Shown: piece after piece, positions 20,812-31,017 of the stretch
Position numbering within the stretch: position 1 is the stretch's first letter
How the letters are laid out: each line of letters begins with the position of its first letter
NCBI GenBank assembly: GCA_965214705.1
Contig: OZ243972.1
Span: forward strand, 3,072,001 to 3,136,000
Length of the DNA: 64,000 nucleotides
DNA from: Alphaproteobacteria bacterium
GTDB taxonomy: Bacteria; Pseudomonadota; Alphaproteobacteria; UBA828
Direction: 5' to 3'
Made by a program: the position numbers and the translations under genes
The notes under the pieces: model-generated
Seen by the model: the letters and a program-made list of their open reading frames with translations, nothing else
What the model was told of the DNA's origin: nothing
Database searches by the model: none

Positions 20812-21592
20812 GAGGTCGGAGGGATCAAGGTTGTGCGCAGTCGGTGCGCCGCACCCGGCATTGCTGCCTGATCGTCATGTATCGCATCGGCTTCGATGTC
20901 GGCGGAACGTTCACCGACCTGACGGTGCTGAACGAAGGAACTGGCGCCCTCCACCACTTCAAGGTCCCCTCCAGTCAGGACGATCCGTCCGAGGCCATTC
21001 AGGCCGGGATAAGGCGCGCCATCGACACCCTTGCCATCGACCCGGATGACGTCGGGTTTCTCGGCCACGGCACGACCATTGCGACCAACATGGTGATCGA
21101 ACGGAAAGGCTCGCCAAGCGCGGTCCTGACCACGGCGGGCTTCCGTGACGTCCTCGAGATCGGTCGCCAGGAACGGCCGCACGTCTATGACTACACGCGG
21201 GGCAAGCCGCCGCCCCTGGTGCCGCGCGAGCACCGGTACGAGGTGCGGGAACGGATCGACGCGGCGGGCCGGGTGCTCGTCCCACTCGATGAAGAGGCGC
21301 TTGACGCGACCCTGGCGTCGCTTCAGCAGGAAGGCATCGAGGCGGTCGCGGTCTGCTTCCTGCACAGCTATCTCAATTCCGACCACGAGACCCGGACGGG
21401 AGCCGCCGTCGCCAAACGGCTCCCCGACACTTTCCTCAGTCTGTCTTGCGAGGTGCTGCCCGAGTTTCGCGAGTTCGAGCGCCTGTCGACGACGGCCGCC
21501 AACGCCTACATCGTAAGCGGTACGCAGACCCCATACCGGAATCTGGCTTGACTACGACGGGGATTTCTTGAGGAGCGCCGTGAGCGCGCGAG

Positions 21593-23308
21593 TCATTTTG
21601 CCTCGGGCTGGAAGTTCCACGGCAGAAGCTCCTGGATGCCCGACTGCGGGTGGCCCTTGGCGATCTTCTCGAGCGTGCTCCGCATCCAGGCGTAGGGCTC
21701 GACGCCGTTCATCTTGCAGGTCTCGATCAGCGAGGCGATGCGGGCCCAGGCTTGCGCACCCTCGTCGTTGCCGGCGAAGAGCGCGTTCTTGGCGGTGAGC
21801 TTCAGCGGCCGGATTCGGTTTTCCACCAGGTTCGAGTCGATCTCGACACGACCGTCGTGCAGGAACTCCAGCAGCCCGTCCCACTGGTTGGCGATATAGG
21901 TCAGCTTCTCGCCGAGACGCGAGCGCGGTGAGACGCGCGAGCGCTGCTCGTCGAGCCAGACACCGAAGGTGTTCACGATCGGCGCCGACTCCTCCCAACG
22001 GATCGCGCGGCGCTCCGCCGGCGGCTTGCCCCGGATCTTCTTCTCGATCGCATAGAGCTTCGCGATCCGATTCAGACCGGCCAGCGCGATCGGCGATGCG
22101 CTCGAGTCGTATACCTCTTTCAGCTTCCGTCTTACATGCGCCCAACAGAGGGCCCGCGTCACAGGGCCTTCCGCCCGGTCCGGCCGCGCCAGGATGTTGT
22201 GGCCCGAGTAGCCGTCGAGCTGCACCGTCCCCGAAAAGCCCTCCATAAGCTCGGCGCCATACTTGCCGCCGCGGCCGGGCGCATAGCGATAGACGACGCC
22301 CGGCGGGTCCGTGCCGCTCCAGTGGCGCTCGTCACGCACAAGGGTCCACATGTAGCCCGTCTTCGTCTTGCCCCGGCCCGGGTCGAGAACGCGGATCGTG
22401 GTCTCGTCCAGACCCAGGTGATCCGACTTCTTCAGCTCATCCTCCAGGCAAGCGACCACGGGGCGCAGGTGAAACGACGCCTGGCCCACCCACGTCGCCA
22501 GCGTCGCACGGTGAACCTCGATCCCCGAGCGCTCGTAGATCTGCGACTGGCGATAGAGCGGGCAATGATCGCCGTACTTCGCGATCAGCACCTGCGCCAG
22601 AAGAGCCTCGGTGGGAAGGCCGCCCTCGACCAGAGCGGCCGGCGCCGGCGACTGCACCACCCCGCCCCCCTTGCACTTGTTGCAGGCGTAGCGGGGGCGC
22701 ACGGTCTCGATGACGGTGAACTTCGCCGGCTCATAGTCCAGCCGCTCGCTGCGGTCCTCGCCGATCTTCGTCATCTCGCCGCAGCCGCAGGGGCACATGA
22801 TCGTGTCCGGCTCGATCACCTCCTCGCGCCGGTCGACCTGGGGCCCGAAGCGCACCCCGCTGCGCGACCCCCGGGAAGAGCGCCGCCGGCGCTTGCCGCC
22901 AGCCCCCTCGTCCTGCTCCTGGTCATCTGCCTCGGGCCGACCGCCGGCTTCAGCGATCGCCGCCCAAAACTCCTCGAACGTAAGCTGGCGCTCGTCCTCG
23001 CCGAGCTTCTCGGAGCGCGGACCGAACAGCGCCTTCCTGAGCTCCTTGTTGAGATGCTCAAGCCGGCTGATCTGCTCCGCGCTCTGCGCGTTCTCGGCCT
23101 CCAGCCGTGCCGCCCGCGCTTCCGCCGTCTGCCTCGCCGCCTCCGCCGCGCCGCGTGCCTGCTCCGCTTCGCATAGGGCTGCTTCCGTCGCCCGGCGCGC
23201 CGCGCGCTCGTCGTCAAGCTCCGCATGCAGGGCCGCCAGCGCCGCCGAAACCACCGCAGGCGACGGCGAACCGGCGCTGCTGAGGGGTGAGGGCGTGACC
23301 TTCGGCAT
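21593..23308 (-). CDS. tnpC: IS66 transposase TnpC
   Basis: LFGPRSEK, CPCGCG zinc motif, KYGDHCPLYRQ, DET, CWAHVRRK, IDSNLVENRIRP. Confidence 0.95.
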   Translation of the reverse strand: MPKVTPSPLSSAGSPSPAVVSAALAALHAELDDERAARRATEAALCEAEQARGAAEAARQTAEARAARLEAENAQSAEQISRLEHLNKELRKALFGPRSEKLGEDERQLTFEEFWAAIAEAGGRPEADDQEQDEGAGGKRRRRSSRGSRSGVRFGPQVDRREEVIEPDTIMCPCGCGEMTKIGEDRSERLDYEPAKFTVIETVRPRYACNKCKGGGVVQSPAPAALVEGGLPTEALLAQVLIAKYGDHCPLYRQSQIYERSGIEVHRATLATWVGQASFHLRPVVACLEDELKKSDHLGLDETTIRVLDPGRGKTKTGYMWTLVRDERHWSGTDPPGVVYRYAPGRGGKYGAELMEGFSGTVQLDGYSGHNILARPDRAEGPVTRALCWAHVRRKLKEVYDSSASPIALAGLNRIAKLYAIEKKIRGKPPAERRAIRWEESAPIVNTFGVWLDEQRSRVSPRSRLGEKLTYIANQWDGLLEFLHDGRVEIDSNLVENRIRPLKLTAKNALFAGNDEGAQAWARIASLIETCKMNGVEPYAWMRSTLEKIAKGHPQSGIQELLPWNFQPEAK

Positions 23309-23401
23309 GGGCCACCCCTTAATCCGATTCGCCAATGCATGACCAGGGAAAAGTGCAGGCGGGACCGCGACCGAAATCTGCGGCCCCGCCTGCGTGCCGC
23401 C

Positions 23402-23752
23402 TCACTCCGCCGCCAGCGGGCGGCGAACCGGGCGGGCCTTCACCCGGCGCCAGTCCAGACCCTCGAAGAGGGCCTCGAACTGGCCCTTCGTAAGGCGCAT
23501 CACACCATCCTCGATCCGAGGCCAGGCGAAGCGGCCCTGCTCCAGACGCTTGTAGGTCATCACCAGACCGCTGCCGTCCCACGCAAGGAGCTTGAGCCTG
23601 TCGCCGCGGCGCGAGCGGAAGATCACGATCACCCCGGAATAGATATCGAGGTCCAGCTCCCCCGCCGCCGTCGCCGCAAGCGCGTCGTGGCCGCGACGAA
23701 AATCAACCGGCCGCGTCGCCAACACGATGCGAAGCGAGGGGGCCGCGATCAT
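23402..23752 (-). CDS. tnpB: IS66 accessory protein TnpB
   Basis: PVDFRRGHDAL, FRSRRGDRLKLLAWDGSG, KRLEQGRFAWP. Confidence 0.95.
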   Translation of the reverse strand: MIAAPSLRIVLATRPVDFRRGHDALAATAAGELDLDIYSGVIVIFRSRRGDRLKLLAWDGSGLVMTYKRLEQGRFAWPRIEDGVMRLTKGQFEALFEGLDWRRVKARPVRRPLAAE

Positions 23753-24174
23753 GACGACGCCCGGCCCAGGCCCGAGGCCACCGCAACAATCCGATCGACC
23801 GCGCTCTCCACCGGAAGGCGAACGACCACGCCTAGCGCCTCGATCGCCACCGTCCGCTCGGACGTCACGCTATCAACCACCACGGGAACAAATGGCGGTG
23901 CAGAGCCACCAATCCGAGCGCCCGGAAGAGTTCCCTCCCGCGCGCGCCGCCGCCACTTGGTCAGGGTCGTATCGCTGACGCCATGGCGGCGCGCGACCGC
24001 CGCAACCGAAGAGCCCGGCTCAAAGCTCTCCGAGACAATCCGCGCCTTCTCATCGTCCGGCCAGCGTCGCATGGGGGCCGGCTCAGACGGAGCCGGGGCG
24101 GCTCCCTCAGAAGCTGGGATCTCAACCGAAGCAACAGCGACACCGTCGCCAGATGCCAAAATCGAATCTGTCAT
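23749..24174 (-). CDS. tnpA: IS66 TnpA (HTH)
   Basis: RRWPDDEKARIVSESFEPGSSVAAVARRHGV; AGGAG RBS. Confidence 0.9.
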   Translation of the reverse strand: MTDSILASGDGVAVASVEIPASEGAAPAPSEPAPMRRWPDDEKARIVSESFEPGSSVAAVARRHGVSDTTLTKWRRRAREGTLPGARIGGSAPPFVPVVVDSVTSERTVAIEALGVVVRLPVESAVDRIVAVASGLGRASS

Positions 24175-25666
24175 CGCGATCTCTCCTGTGTGGCTCGTGG
24201 TCAAGGCGGAGAGTCAGCCCCGAAATCAGATCCGCTGGAAGTATGGGGGCCCGATACCGCTTACCCTACATCGGGCCGCGGATGTCACGCTACCTCGAGA
24301 CGCTGGTGGGCCGCCTGCAGGAACTCGGGGTCTCCGTTGCGCCGCATACCATTCATTCCAACGGCGGCATGATGTCCCTCGACACCGCCCGTCGCTTCCC
24401 CGTTCGAACCTGCCTGTCCGGCCCGGCGGCAGGCGTGATCGGGGCTACGGAGGCGGCCAGGCAGGCGGGGTTTCCGCATATCGTGACCTTCGACGTCGGC
24501 GGTACGAGCACCGACGTCTCGCTGGTACGGGATTCCACCCCGCGCTTCTCGACCCGGCGCCTCGTCGCCGGCTTTCCCATCGCCGTGCCGATGCTCGACA
24601 TCCACGTCATCGGCGCCGGCGGTGGCAGCATCGCTACAGTGGACGATGCCGGTGCGCTCAAGGTCGGGCCGCGCAGCGCAGGGGCGGCGCCGGGCCCGGT
24701 GGCCTACGGGCTCGGAGGGAGCGAGCCGACGCTGACCGACGCGAATCTGGCGTTGGGACGCCTCGGCGCCGGCGGTCTGGCAGGGGGCAGCTTGGCGATT
24801 GACCGTGACGCTGCCACGCGCGCAATCGAGGAGCGGATCGCGCGACCGCTTGCCATCGGCACCACCGCCGCTGCTGCCGGCATCATCCGTATCGCCGTCG
24901 CCAACATGGCGCGAGCCATCCGCGCCATCTCCACCGAGCGAGGCCATGACGTCGCCGACGTCGCCCTGTTTGCGTACGGCGGCGCGGGCCCACTTCATGC
25001 GGCCGAGGTGGCGCGCGAGTGCGGGCTTTCCCGCATCGTCGTCCCGCCCGAGGCCGGCACCGTGTGCGCCCGCGGCATTCTCACGTCCGACATCAGCCTC
25101 GACTTCGTGCGGAGCGAGATTTGCACGTTGACCGAGACGACCTGGACCGACATCAACCGCCGCATCGCAGCCATGACTAAGGAGGCTGACGCCTGGCTCG
25201 AGACCGAGAGGGTCGATGCCGAGCGACGGCGCTTCCACGTCGTGATCGACGCGCGATACCGTGGGCAGAACCACGAGGTTCGGGTTGACCTCGGAGATCG
25301 AAAGCGCTGTTCCATTGAAATGTTCCGCGACGGTTTCGCGCGCTCTCACCGGAGCGAACACGGCTACCTCGTGCACGATCGCGACATCGAGATCGTGAAC
25401 TGCCGGGTCCAGGCCATCGGTGCCGTCGTCAAGGCGGACACTCGCCCGTACGCCGGCGGCGGCCAGCCGCAGGCGGCCGAAGTGCGAAGCGTCTGGTTCG
25501 AGGAAGGTTGGCGTGTGACGCCCGTCTACTCGCGTGAGGCAATCGGCGCCGATGCGATAGTGGAAGGACCGGCGGTCGTCGAGGAGATGAGCTCGACAGC
25601 GATCGTTCAGCCTGGGCAGCGCGGGCGCACCGACGAAGCGGGCAACCTGATCATCGAGCCTTCCGA

Positions 25667-27406
25667 ATGATGGCCGTCGGAACAAACCCACCGCTGCCCG
25701 GAACGGCCGAACACCTCGTCGACCCGATCGCCATGGAGGTATTCAGCAGCCGCCTCATGTCGATCGTGGACGACATGCTGAACACCCTGGTCCGCGCCTC
25801 GTTCTCGACCAACATAAAGGAGCGGCGCGACTGCACCGTCGGCCTGTTCGACGCCCAGGGCCGAATCCTGGCGCAGACAGATCACGCGCCGCTGCATCTC
25901 GGCTCCCTGTTGGGTGCCATCGAGTCACTGCACGCCGAAATCGATCCCGCCGACATGGAAGACGGCGATGCCTTCATCTTCAACGACCCCTACCTCGCCG
26001 GCGGCACCCACCTTCCTGACATCACCATCGTCACGCCGGTCTTCCACAAGGGCGCCCTCGCCTTCTACACCGCCTGCATCGCGCACCACGCCGATGTCGG
26101 CGGCTTGGTCCCCGGCTCCATCAGCGGCGGTGCCACGAGCATCTTTCAGGAGGGCATCCGCATTCCGCTGTGTCGCATTCGCCGCGCGGGCGAAACGGAC
26201 GACGAGCTTATCCGGCTGATCGCCACCAACACTCGCGATCCCGAGGAGCGCCGGCTCGACCTCGGCGTTCAGCTCGCCAGCAATGATCACGGCGCCGCGA
26301 TGGCCCGCCTGTTGCTCGACCACATGGGCGCAGAGACCATACGCCGTGCGATCGAGGACCTGTTGAGCTACACCGCCCGACGCCTCGCCGGTCGGATCGC
26401 CGCGCTGCCCGACGGGGAGAGTACCCACGTCGCGTTCATGGACGACGACGGCCTCGGGGGCGATCCCGTCAGGATTGTCGCGACGACACATATCGCCGGC
26501 CCCCGATTGAGCGTGGACTTCGAGGGATCGAGCGGTGAAGCACGGGGCGCGATGAACGTGCCCTTCAGCGCCCTGCGGGCCACGGTGTACTACGTCGTCA
26601 AGACCCTCCTCGATCGCGGACTGATGCCCAATCAGGGATTGTTCGCGCCCGTGCAAATCGCCGCGCCCGAAGGCACCATCGTCCGCCCCTGTCATCCGGC
26701 GGCCGTCGGCGCCCGAAGCATCACAGCCAACAAGATCGCGCGGGCCGTCATCGGCGCGCTCGGCGCGCTGCTGCCGCCGGATCGAGGACTGGCGGCGGGG
26801 CAGGACGTCGTGCCGGCCGTCTGTTTTTCCGGTACGCGCCCGGCGGGTGACGGACAGTTCGTCTATCTGGAGACCGTGGGCGGCGGCGCTGGTGCCACCG
26901 CGCTCAACGACGGCATGGACGGCGTTCAGGTGCACATGACCAACACCTCCAACCTGCCGATCGAGGCGCTCGAGCACGAATATGGTCTGTTGGTCGATGA
27001 GTACGCGCTGATTCCGGATTCAGGCGGTGCCGGCGTCCATCGCGGCGGGCTCGGCATCGCCCGTCAGGTTCGCGCCGTGACTGAAGGGATCGTCTTTTCC
27101 GCCCGCTCGGACGGGCACGAGTTTCCCGCACCCGGCCTTGAGGGCGGGGGAGAGGGACGCACCGCCCGGCTGATCCGCAACCCCGGCACCGATCGCGAGG
27201 AGACGCTTCCCTCGAAAATAGCGGGCACCACCCTCGCGCCGGGCGAGAGCGTGCGGATCGAAACGCCGGGCGGCGGCGGCCATGGCGCGCCGGCCGCGCG
27301 AGAGCCGCACCTGCTCGCAGCAGATCTTCGCGGCGGCAAGGTGTCGCTGTCGGCTGCCGAAGCGGACTACGGCAGAGATCTCGTGCGCGCGGCGCTCGGG
27401 GAATAG
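25667..27406 (+). CDS. hyuB: hydantoinase B/oxoprolinase family subunit
   Basis: DPIAMEV, STNIKERRD, NDPYLAGGTHLPD, HHADVGG, ETPGGGGHG; ATGA overlap with hyuA. Confidence 0.92.
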   Translation: MMAVGTNPPLPGTAEHLVDPIAMEVFSSRLMSIVDDMLNTLVRASFSTNIKERRDCTVGLFDAQGRILAQTDHAPLHLGSLLGAIESLHAEIDPADMEDGDAFIFNDPYLAGGTHLPDITIVTPVFHKGALAFYTACIAHHADVGGLVPGSISGGATSIFQEGIRIPLCRIRRAGETDDELIRLIATNTRDPEERRLDLGVQLASNDHGAAMARLLLDHMGAETIRRAIEDLLSYTARRLAGRIAALPDGESTHVAFMDDDGLGGDPVRIVATTHIAGPRLSVDFEGSSGEARGAMNVPFSALRATVYYVVKTLLDRGLMPNQGLFAPVQIAAPEGTIVRPCHPAAVGARSITANKIARAVIGALGALLPPDRGLAAGQDVVPAVCFSGTRPAGDGQFVYLETVGGGAGATALNDGMDGVQVHMTNTSNLPIEALEHEYGLLVDEYALIPDSGGAGVHRGGLGIARQVRAVTEGIVFSARSDGHEFPAPGLEGGGEGRTARLIRNPGTDREETLPSKIAGTTLAPGESVRIETPGGGGHGAPAAREPHLLAADLRGGKVSLSAAEADYGRDLVRAALGE

Positions 27407-27467
27407 GTTGCCCGGTCGTCCGACGACACGCTCCGCCGGCCGCACTGCCCGGGCAGTCCATGAGCCG

Positions 27468-28391
27468 ATGGTGGCTTCACGGAAGACCGGTCCCACGGTG
27501 GCCGAGGTTGCCGAGCGCTACCTCGACGAACACGTGGCGGTGCGCTGCAAGCCAAGGACGGCAGAGGCCTACAGCTCGGTCAACAGGAGACACATCGTGC
27601 CGATGTTCGGTGACATGTCCCTTGCGGCGGTGGGGCGCAAGCACGTCACGGACCTGCACTACGCGCTGCGGGACGTTCCCTCGACGGCGAACCGTTCGGT
27701 GGACGTGTTGTCCCGGCTGTTCGCCATGGGGGAGGCGTTGGGCCTGATTCCCGAGGGAGCCAACCCATGCCGATACGTGGTGAAGTACAGGGAACGCCCG
27801 CGCGAGAGGTTTCTGACCGAAGAGGAGCTGCGTCGATTGGGCCGGGTGCTGAGAGAGGCGAAGGACGAAGGCGGCGCGTCGATGTACGCGGTTGCGGCGA
27901 TCCGGCTTCTGCTGCTCACAGGATGTCGGCGGAACGAAATCCTGACGCTGCGCTGGGCCGATGTGGATCTGGACGGGGGCGAGTTGAGCCTTGCCGATAG
28001 CAAGACGGGGGCGCGTTCGGTTTGCCTGCCTCCTGCGGCGGTGAAGATTCTGGCTGACCTGCCGCGCGTTCGCGGCAACCCGTGGGTGATTGTTGGCAGG
28101 AAGCGGGGCACGCACATGCGGGACCTGAGCGACGCGTGGGAGACGGTGCGGAAGCGGGCGGACCTCGAGGATGTAAGGCTTCATGACCTACGGCATTCGT
28201 ATGCCAGCCGAGCGCTGGCGCTCGGGGAGAGCCTGCCGGTGATTGGGAAACTTCTCGGGCACACTCAGGTCGAGACGACGGCGCGCTACGCGCATTTGGC
28301 GCGGGACTCCGTCAGGGAGTCGGCTGCGGGGATCGCCGCCAGCATCAGAGCGGACCTTCACGCCGCAAAGGGCGTCAGCAACGGCGCCTGA
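27468..28391 (+). CDS. tyrosine recombinase/integrase, apparently lacking the N-terminal arm-binding domain
   Basis: TGCRRNEI, DSKTG, HDLRHSYAS, LLGH, TARY catalytic set; begins directly at the core-binding region. Confidence 0.85.
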   Translation: MVASRKTGPTVAEVAERYLDEHVAVRCKPRTAEAYSSVNRRHIVPMFGDMSLAAVGRKHVTDLHYALRDVPSTANRSVDVLSRLFAMGEALGLIPEGANPCRYVVKYRERPRERFLTEEELRRLGRVLREAKDEGGASMYAVAAIRLLLLTGCRRNEILTLRWADVDLDGGELSLADSKTGARSVCLPPAAVKILADLPRVRGNPWVIVGRKRGTHMRDLSDAWETVRKRADLEDVRLHDLRHSYASRALALGESLPVIGKLLGHTQVETTARYAHLARDSVRESAAGIAASIRADLHAAKGVSNGA

Positions 28392-28400
28392 TCATCCTCT

Positions 28401-28492
28401 TGTTGTTCGGCACGTCGGTTGCACGCCGATCGGCGCGATAAGCTATTGAAGTGGCTCGATACTGGGGGGTCACAATTGCACGCCGAGCAACA
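28401..28492. mobile_element. 92-bp MITE-like element with IS21-like ends
   Basis: terminal IR TGTTGTTCGGC / TGTTGCTCGGC; internal direct repeat TTGCACGCCGA x2; no clear TSD. Confidence 0.55.
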
Positions 28493-28824
28493 TCCTGGGG
28501 CCGGCGCGATCGCTCTACCTGATCGCCGGCACTCGCTGGGTCGACGCCGAGATCGAGGCACGGCACATCAACCGGGCCTTCGATATCGCTGGGTCGAGAG
28601 GCGCGGAGCGCACTTTGAATCCGTGGCTGATCGGGATCGGCGTCGAGTTCGGGGGCGTCGCAAGTTGCTTCGACTTGCGGCTGAGCTACGCGGCCGATGA
28701 CGTCGCCTTCGGGTTCGGCGGCGGTGCGGCGGATGATCCGAGGCTCGGCTATACCTTCGATGTCCGAGAATGGACGGTGTCCCTGGGCTATGTCGTGCTG
28801 GCGGCGAACGGCAAGGCAGCTCCG

Positions 28825-29070
28825 TCGAACCGGCTGGACACGGAATTCGGCTACGGCCTGCCGGTGTTCGGGGACCGCTTCACGGGCACGCCGAATGTCG
28901 GGTTCGGGATGTCGGAGGCGGCGCGCGACTGGCGCATCGAATGGCGGCTGAACCCGGCGGCGCCCAACGCCTTCGGCTTCGAGGTCAGTCTTGACGCGGT
29001 GCGCCGCGAGCCGGCGAACGATAACGGCGCCGAGCACGGGGTGATGCTCCGAAGCCTGCTTCGCTGGTAG
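28825..29070 (+). pseudogene. C-terminal beta-barrel fragment of an autotransporter-like surface protein
   Basis: RLDTEFGYGLPVFGDRFTGTPNVGFG...RREPANDNGAEHGVMLRSLLRW; amphipathic strands with terminal Trp. Confidence 0.65.
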
Positions 29071-29179
29071 GGCGCGCCCCGCCTTCGGGACGCGCTTCCA
29101 GCCGCGCCAGTCCTCGGCAAGCCAGATCGGCCTCACCTCAACCGCGCAGTCATGCTGATGGCGGCGAAGGAAGGCTACC

Positions 29180-29481
29180 GTGCCAGCGTCCAGGCCGGTG
29201 ATCGTCTCGGTCAGCCTGTTCCCGGTGCGCGTCCAGGCGGTGAACGCGCTGCTGCCCTGCTGCCGGTATTGCAGCGCATAGCCGACAATCGCCGGACGGC
29301 CCACATTGTCAGGCGCGGCCCACGTCACCGTCAGGCTGTCGATCGCGCCCGATGCCGTCGGCGTGGCCGGCGCAAGGAGCGGCTCCATGTCTGTCAGATT
29401 TGTCGTCACGGCTATGCTGGCGTCGATGGCCGCGTCCACGCTGCCATCGCCCGCCTTGCCGTCGCTCACCTCGACCGTATC
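29180..29481 (-). pseudogene. cadherin-end plus fibronectin type III domain fragment
   Basis: VEVSDGK..IDASIAVT; SLTVTWAAPDNVGRPAIVGYALQYRQQG..TITGLDAGT; no start or end of gene. Confidence 0.65.
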
Positions 29482-29525
29482 TGGGTCTGGACGGCGCTGG
29501 AAGCAGGGAGCAAGTTGTTGATCGC

Positions 29526-29764
29526 TTACCGAGTGCGCGCGCAGTGGCAGTTGGGCTTTCCGCATTTTCTATTCTGTGCCCTCAGCGACCCCTGGCGGAG
29601 ATCGCCGATGCCCGCGAGTTCTTCGAGCAACTTCCCGCGCTGTTCGGCGAGATCGTTGTGAACCTGCGCTGCCATGCCCGACTCCGTCTGTTTCCTGATA
29701 CAGGAAACAGACATCGTAGCGGATACATGGCATTTCTTAACTCATCACAAAGCGGAGTGCACCC
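29526..29764 (-). mobile_element. truncated IS left end with accessory Zn-finger ORF fragment (DUF6788-like, ATG 29675)
   Basis: end GGGTGCACTCC; LAGIGDLRQGSL...KCGKPNCHCA, truncated. Confidence 0.55.
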
Positions 29765-29833
29765 CCCCGGCAGTTCGGGTTAGGATTGGACATTCAATAA
29801 GAATCCAATAATCGCCAGCGAAGGGAGGTCACC

Positions 29834-30991
29834 ATGAAAAGCGCCATTAAGACGACTGGGAGTCGCGGCACAACGCGTCGTCGCTTTCTAAAGCAGGTTG
29901 CTGCGGGCGCCGGTATCGCAGCGCTCGCGACGGGCGTTTCGACGATCCGGCGTGCACGGGCCAAGTCCTACGAGGGTGTGGAGTTGAACATTCTCAGCTG
30001 GCCCGGTTGGGGCGATCCTCACGTCACGACCATGTTTGAGGAGCGCACCGGCGCCAAGGTGGTCGTGAAGGAGTATATCGGAGGCGAAGCCATGATGGCG
30101 GTTCTCGCCCAGACGCCGCCGGGCTCCTTCGACCTTATCCTTTCCGACCACGAATACCTTACGCAGCTACGGGCGGCGGACCAGATCGTCCCGCTGGATC
30201 CCGCTAACTATCACTTCGATCACTATTGGCCAGAGTTTCAACGCTTTGAGCCTCACTGGAGTGACGGCCAGATGTATGCGGTGCTCACCTCGTTCGGCTA
30301 CATCGGTCTCGCATACAACTCGGACAAATTGACAGAGGCCGATGTCGCTTCCTACGAGATTCTTTGGGACCCCAAGGTCAAGGGCAAGTTCGGTTGGTTC
30401 GATTGGTATCTGCCGAACATGGGCTGCCTGAGCCTCTACAACGGCAATCGGCCACCCTACGACATCGATGACGCCGCCTTCGCCAAGCTGAAGGAAACCC
30501 TGAACTCGCTGCAATCGCAGGAAGGAGCCTTCTTGAGCATGGCGGACGTCTTCTCGTCCTTCACGAACGGGGAGATGTGGATCTCGCCTGGAATCGGCGA
30601 CTGGGTCGCTCAAATTCTACAGGCGGGAGGCCTGCCCATTGCCGCGAATGTTCCCAAGGAAGGCGGCGTCATGTGGAGTGACTCCTGGGCGGTGGCGAAG
30701 ACTGCGAAGACTCCCGAGCTCGCGGTAGAGTGGATTCGTTACGTCGCCTCACCCGAGGGGCAGATCAGGGCCGCGACCTTGCCGGCCTTTGCCCGCAACA
30801 TTCCCAACAAGGAAGGTTGGAAGCTTCTCAACGAGCGGATGCCGGAGTGGGCAACTCGGCTGCGCCACCATTTCGACTCGCGCAACATTGTCGACGAATA
30901 CAGAGAGGGCAATATATTTGCGCGCGGTCTTCCGGTCCAGCAGAGTGCAGAGGAGTGGGGCGAGGCCTGGACCGAGTTCAAGAGTACGTAA
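29834..30991 (+). CDS. PotD/PotF-like ABC substrate-binding protein with Tat signal
   Basis: TRRRFLK; FEERTGAKV, VPKEGGVMWSDSWAV; GGGAGG RBS. Confidence 0.88.
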   Translation: MKSAIKTTGSRGTTRRRFLKQVAAGAGIAALATGVSTIRRARAKSYEGVELNILSWPGWGDPHVTTMFEERTGAKVVVKEYIGGEAMMAVLAQTPPGSFDLILSDHEYLTQLRAADQIVPLDPANYHFDHYWPEFQRFEPHWSDGQMYAVLTSFGYIGLAYNSDKLTEADVASYEILWDPKVKGKFGWFDWYLPNMGCLSLYNGNRPPYDIDDAAFAKLKETLNSLQSQEGAFLSMADVFSSFTNGEMWISPGIGDWVAQILQAGGLPIAANVPKEGGVMWSDSWAVAKTAKTPELAVEWIRYVASPEGQIRAATLPAFARNIPNKEGWKLLNERMPEWATRLRHHFDSRNIVDEYREGNIFARGLPVQQSAEEWGEAWTEFKST

Positions 30992-31017
30992 CCTATCTGG
31001 AGGCAGCAGCTGCACCT

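Larger units (their letters stand above)
21513..24264 (-). mobile_element. IS66-family insertion sequence
   Basis: IRs GTAAGCGGTA...CCCCATAC at both ends; 8-bp TSD CCTACATC at 21505-21512 and 24265-24272; tnpABC. Confidence 0.96.
20877..25670 (+). pseudogene. hyuA: hydantoinase A subunit split by IS66
   Basis: MYRIGFDVGGTFTD...TTAANAYI up to 21512; resumes in frame as GPRMSRYL...SGPAAGV...DVGGTSTD after 24272. Confidence 0.92.

Noticed and set aside
23402-23752. RNA-guided TnpB nuclease
   Set aside because: This is the unrelated 116-aa IS66 accessory TnpB with no RuvC domain
28375-29565. 396-aa minus-strand ORF as an intact gene
   Set aside because: Chimeric read-through; only the cadherin/FN3 stretch is protein-like
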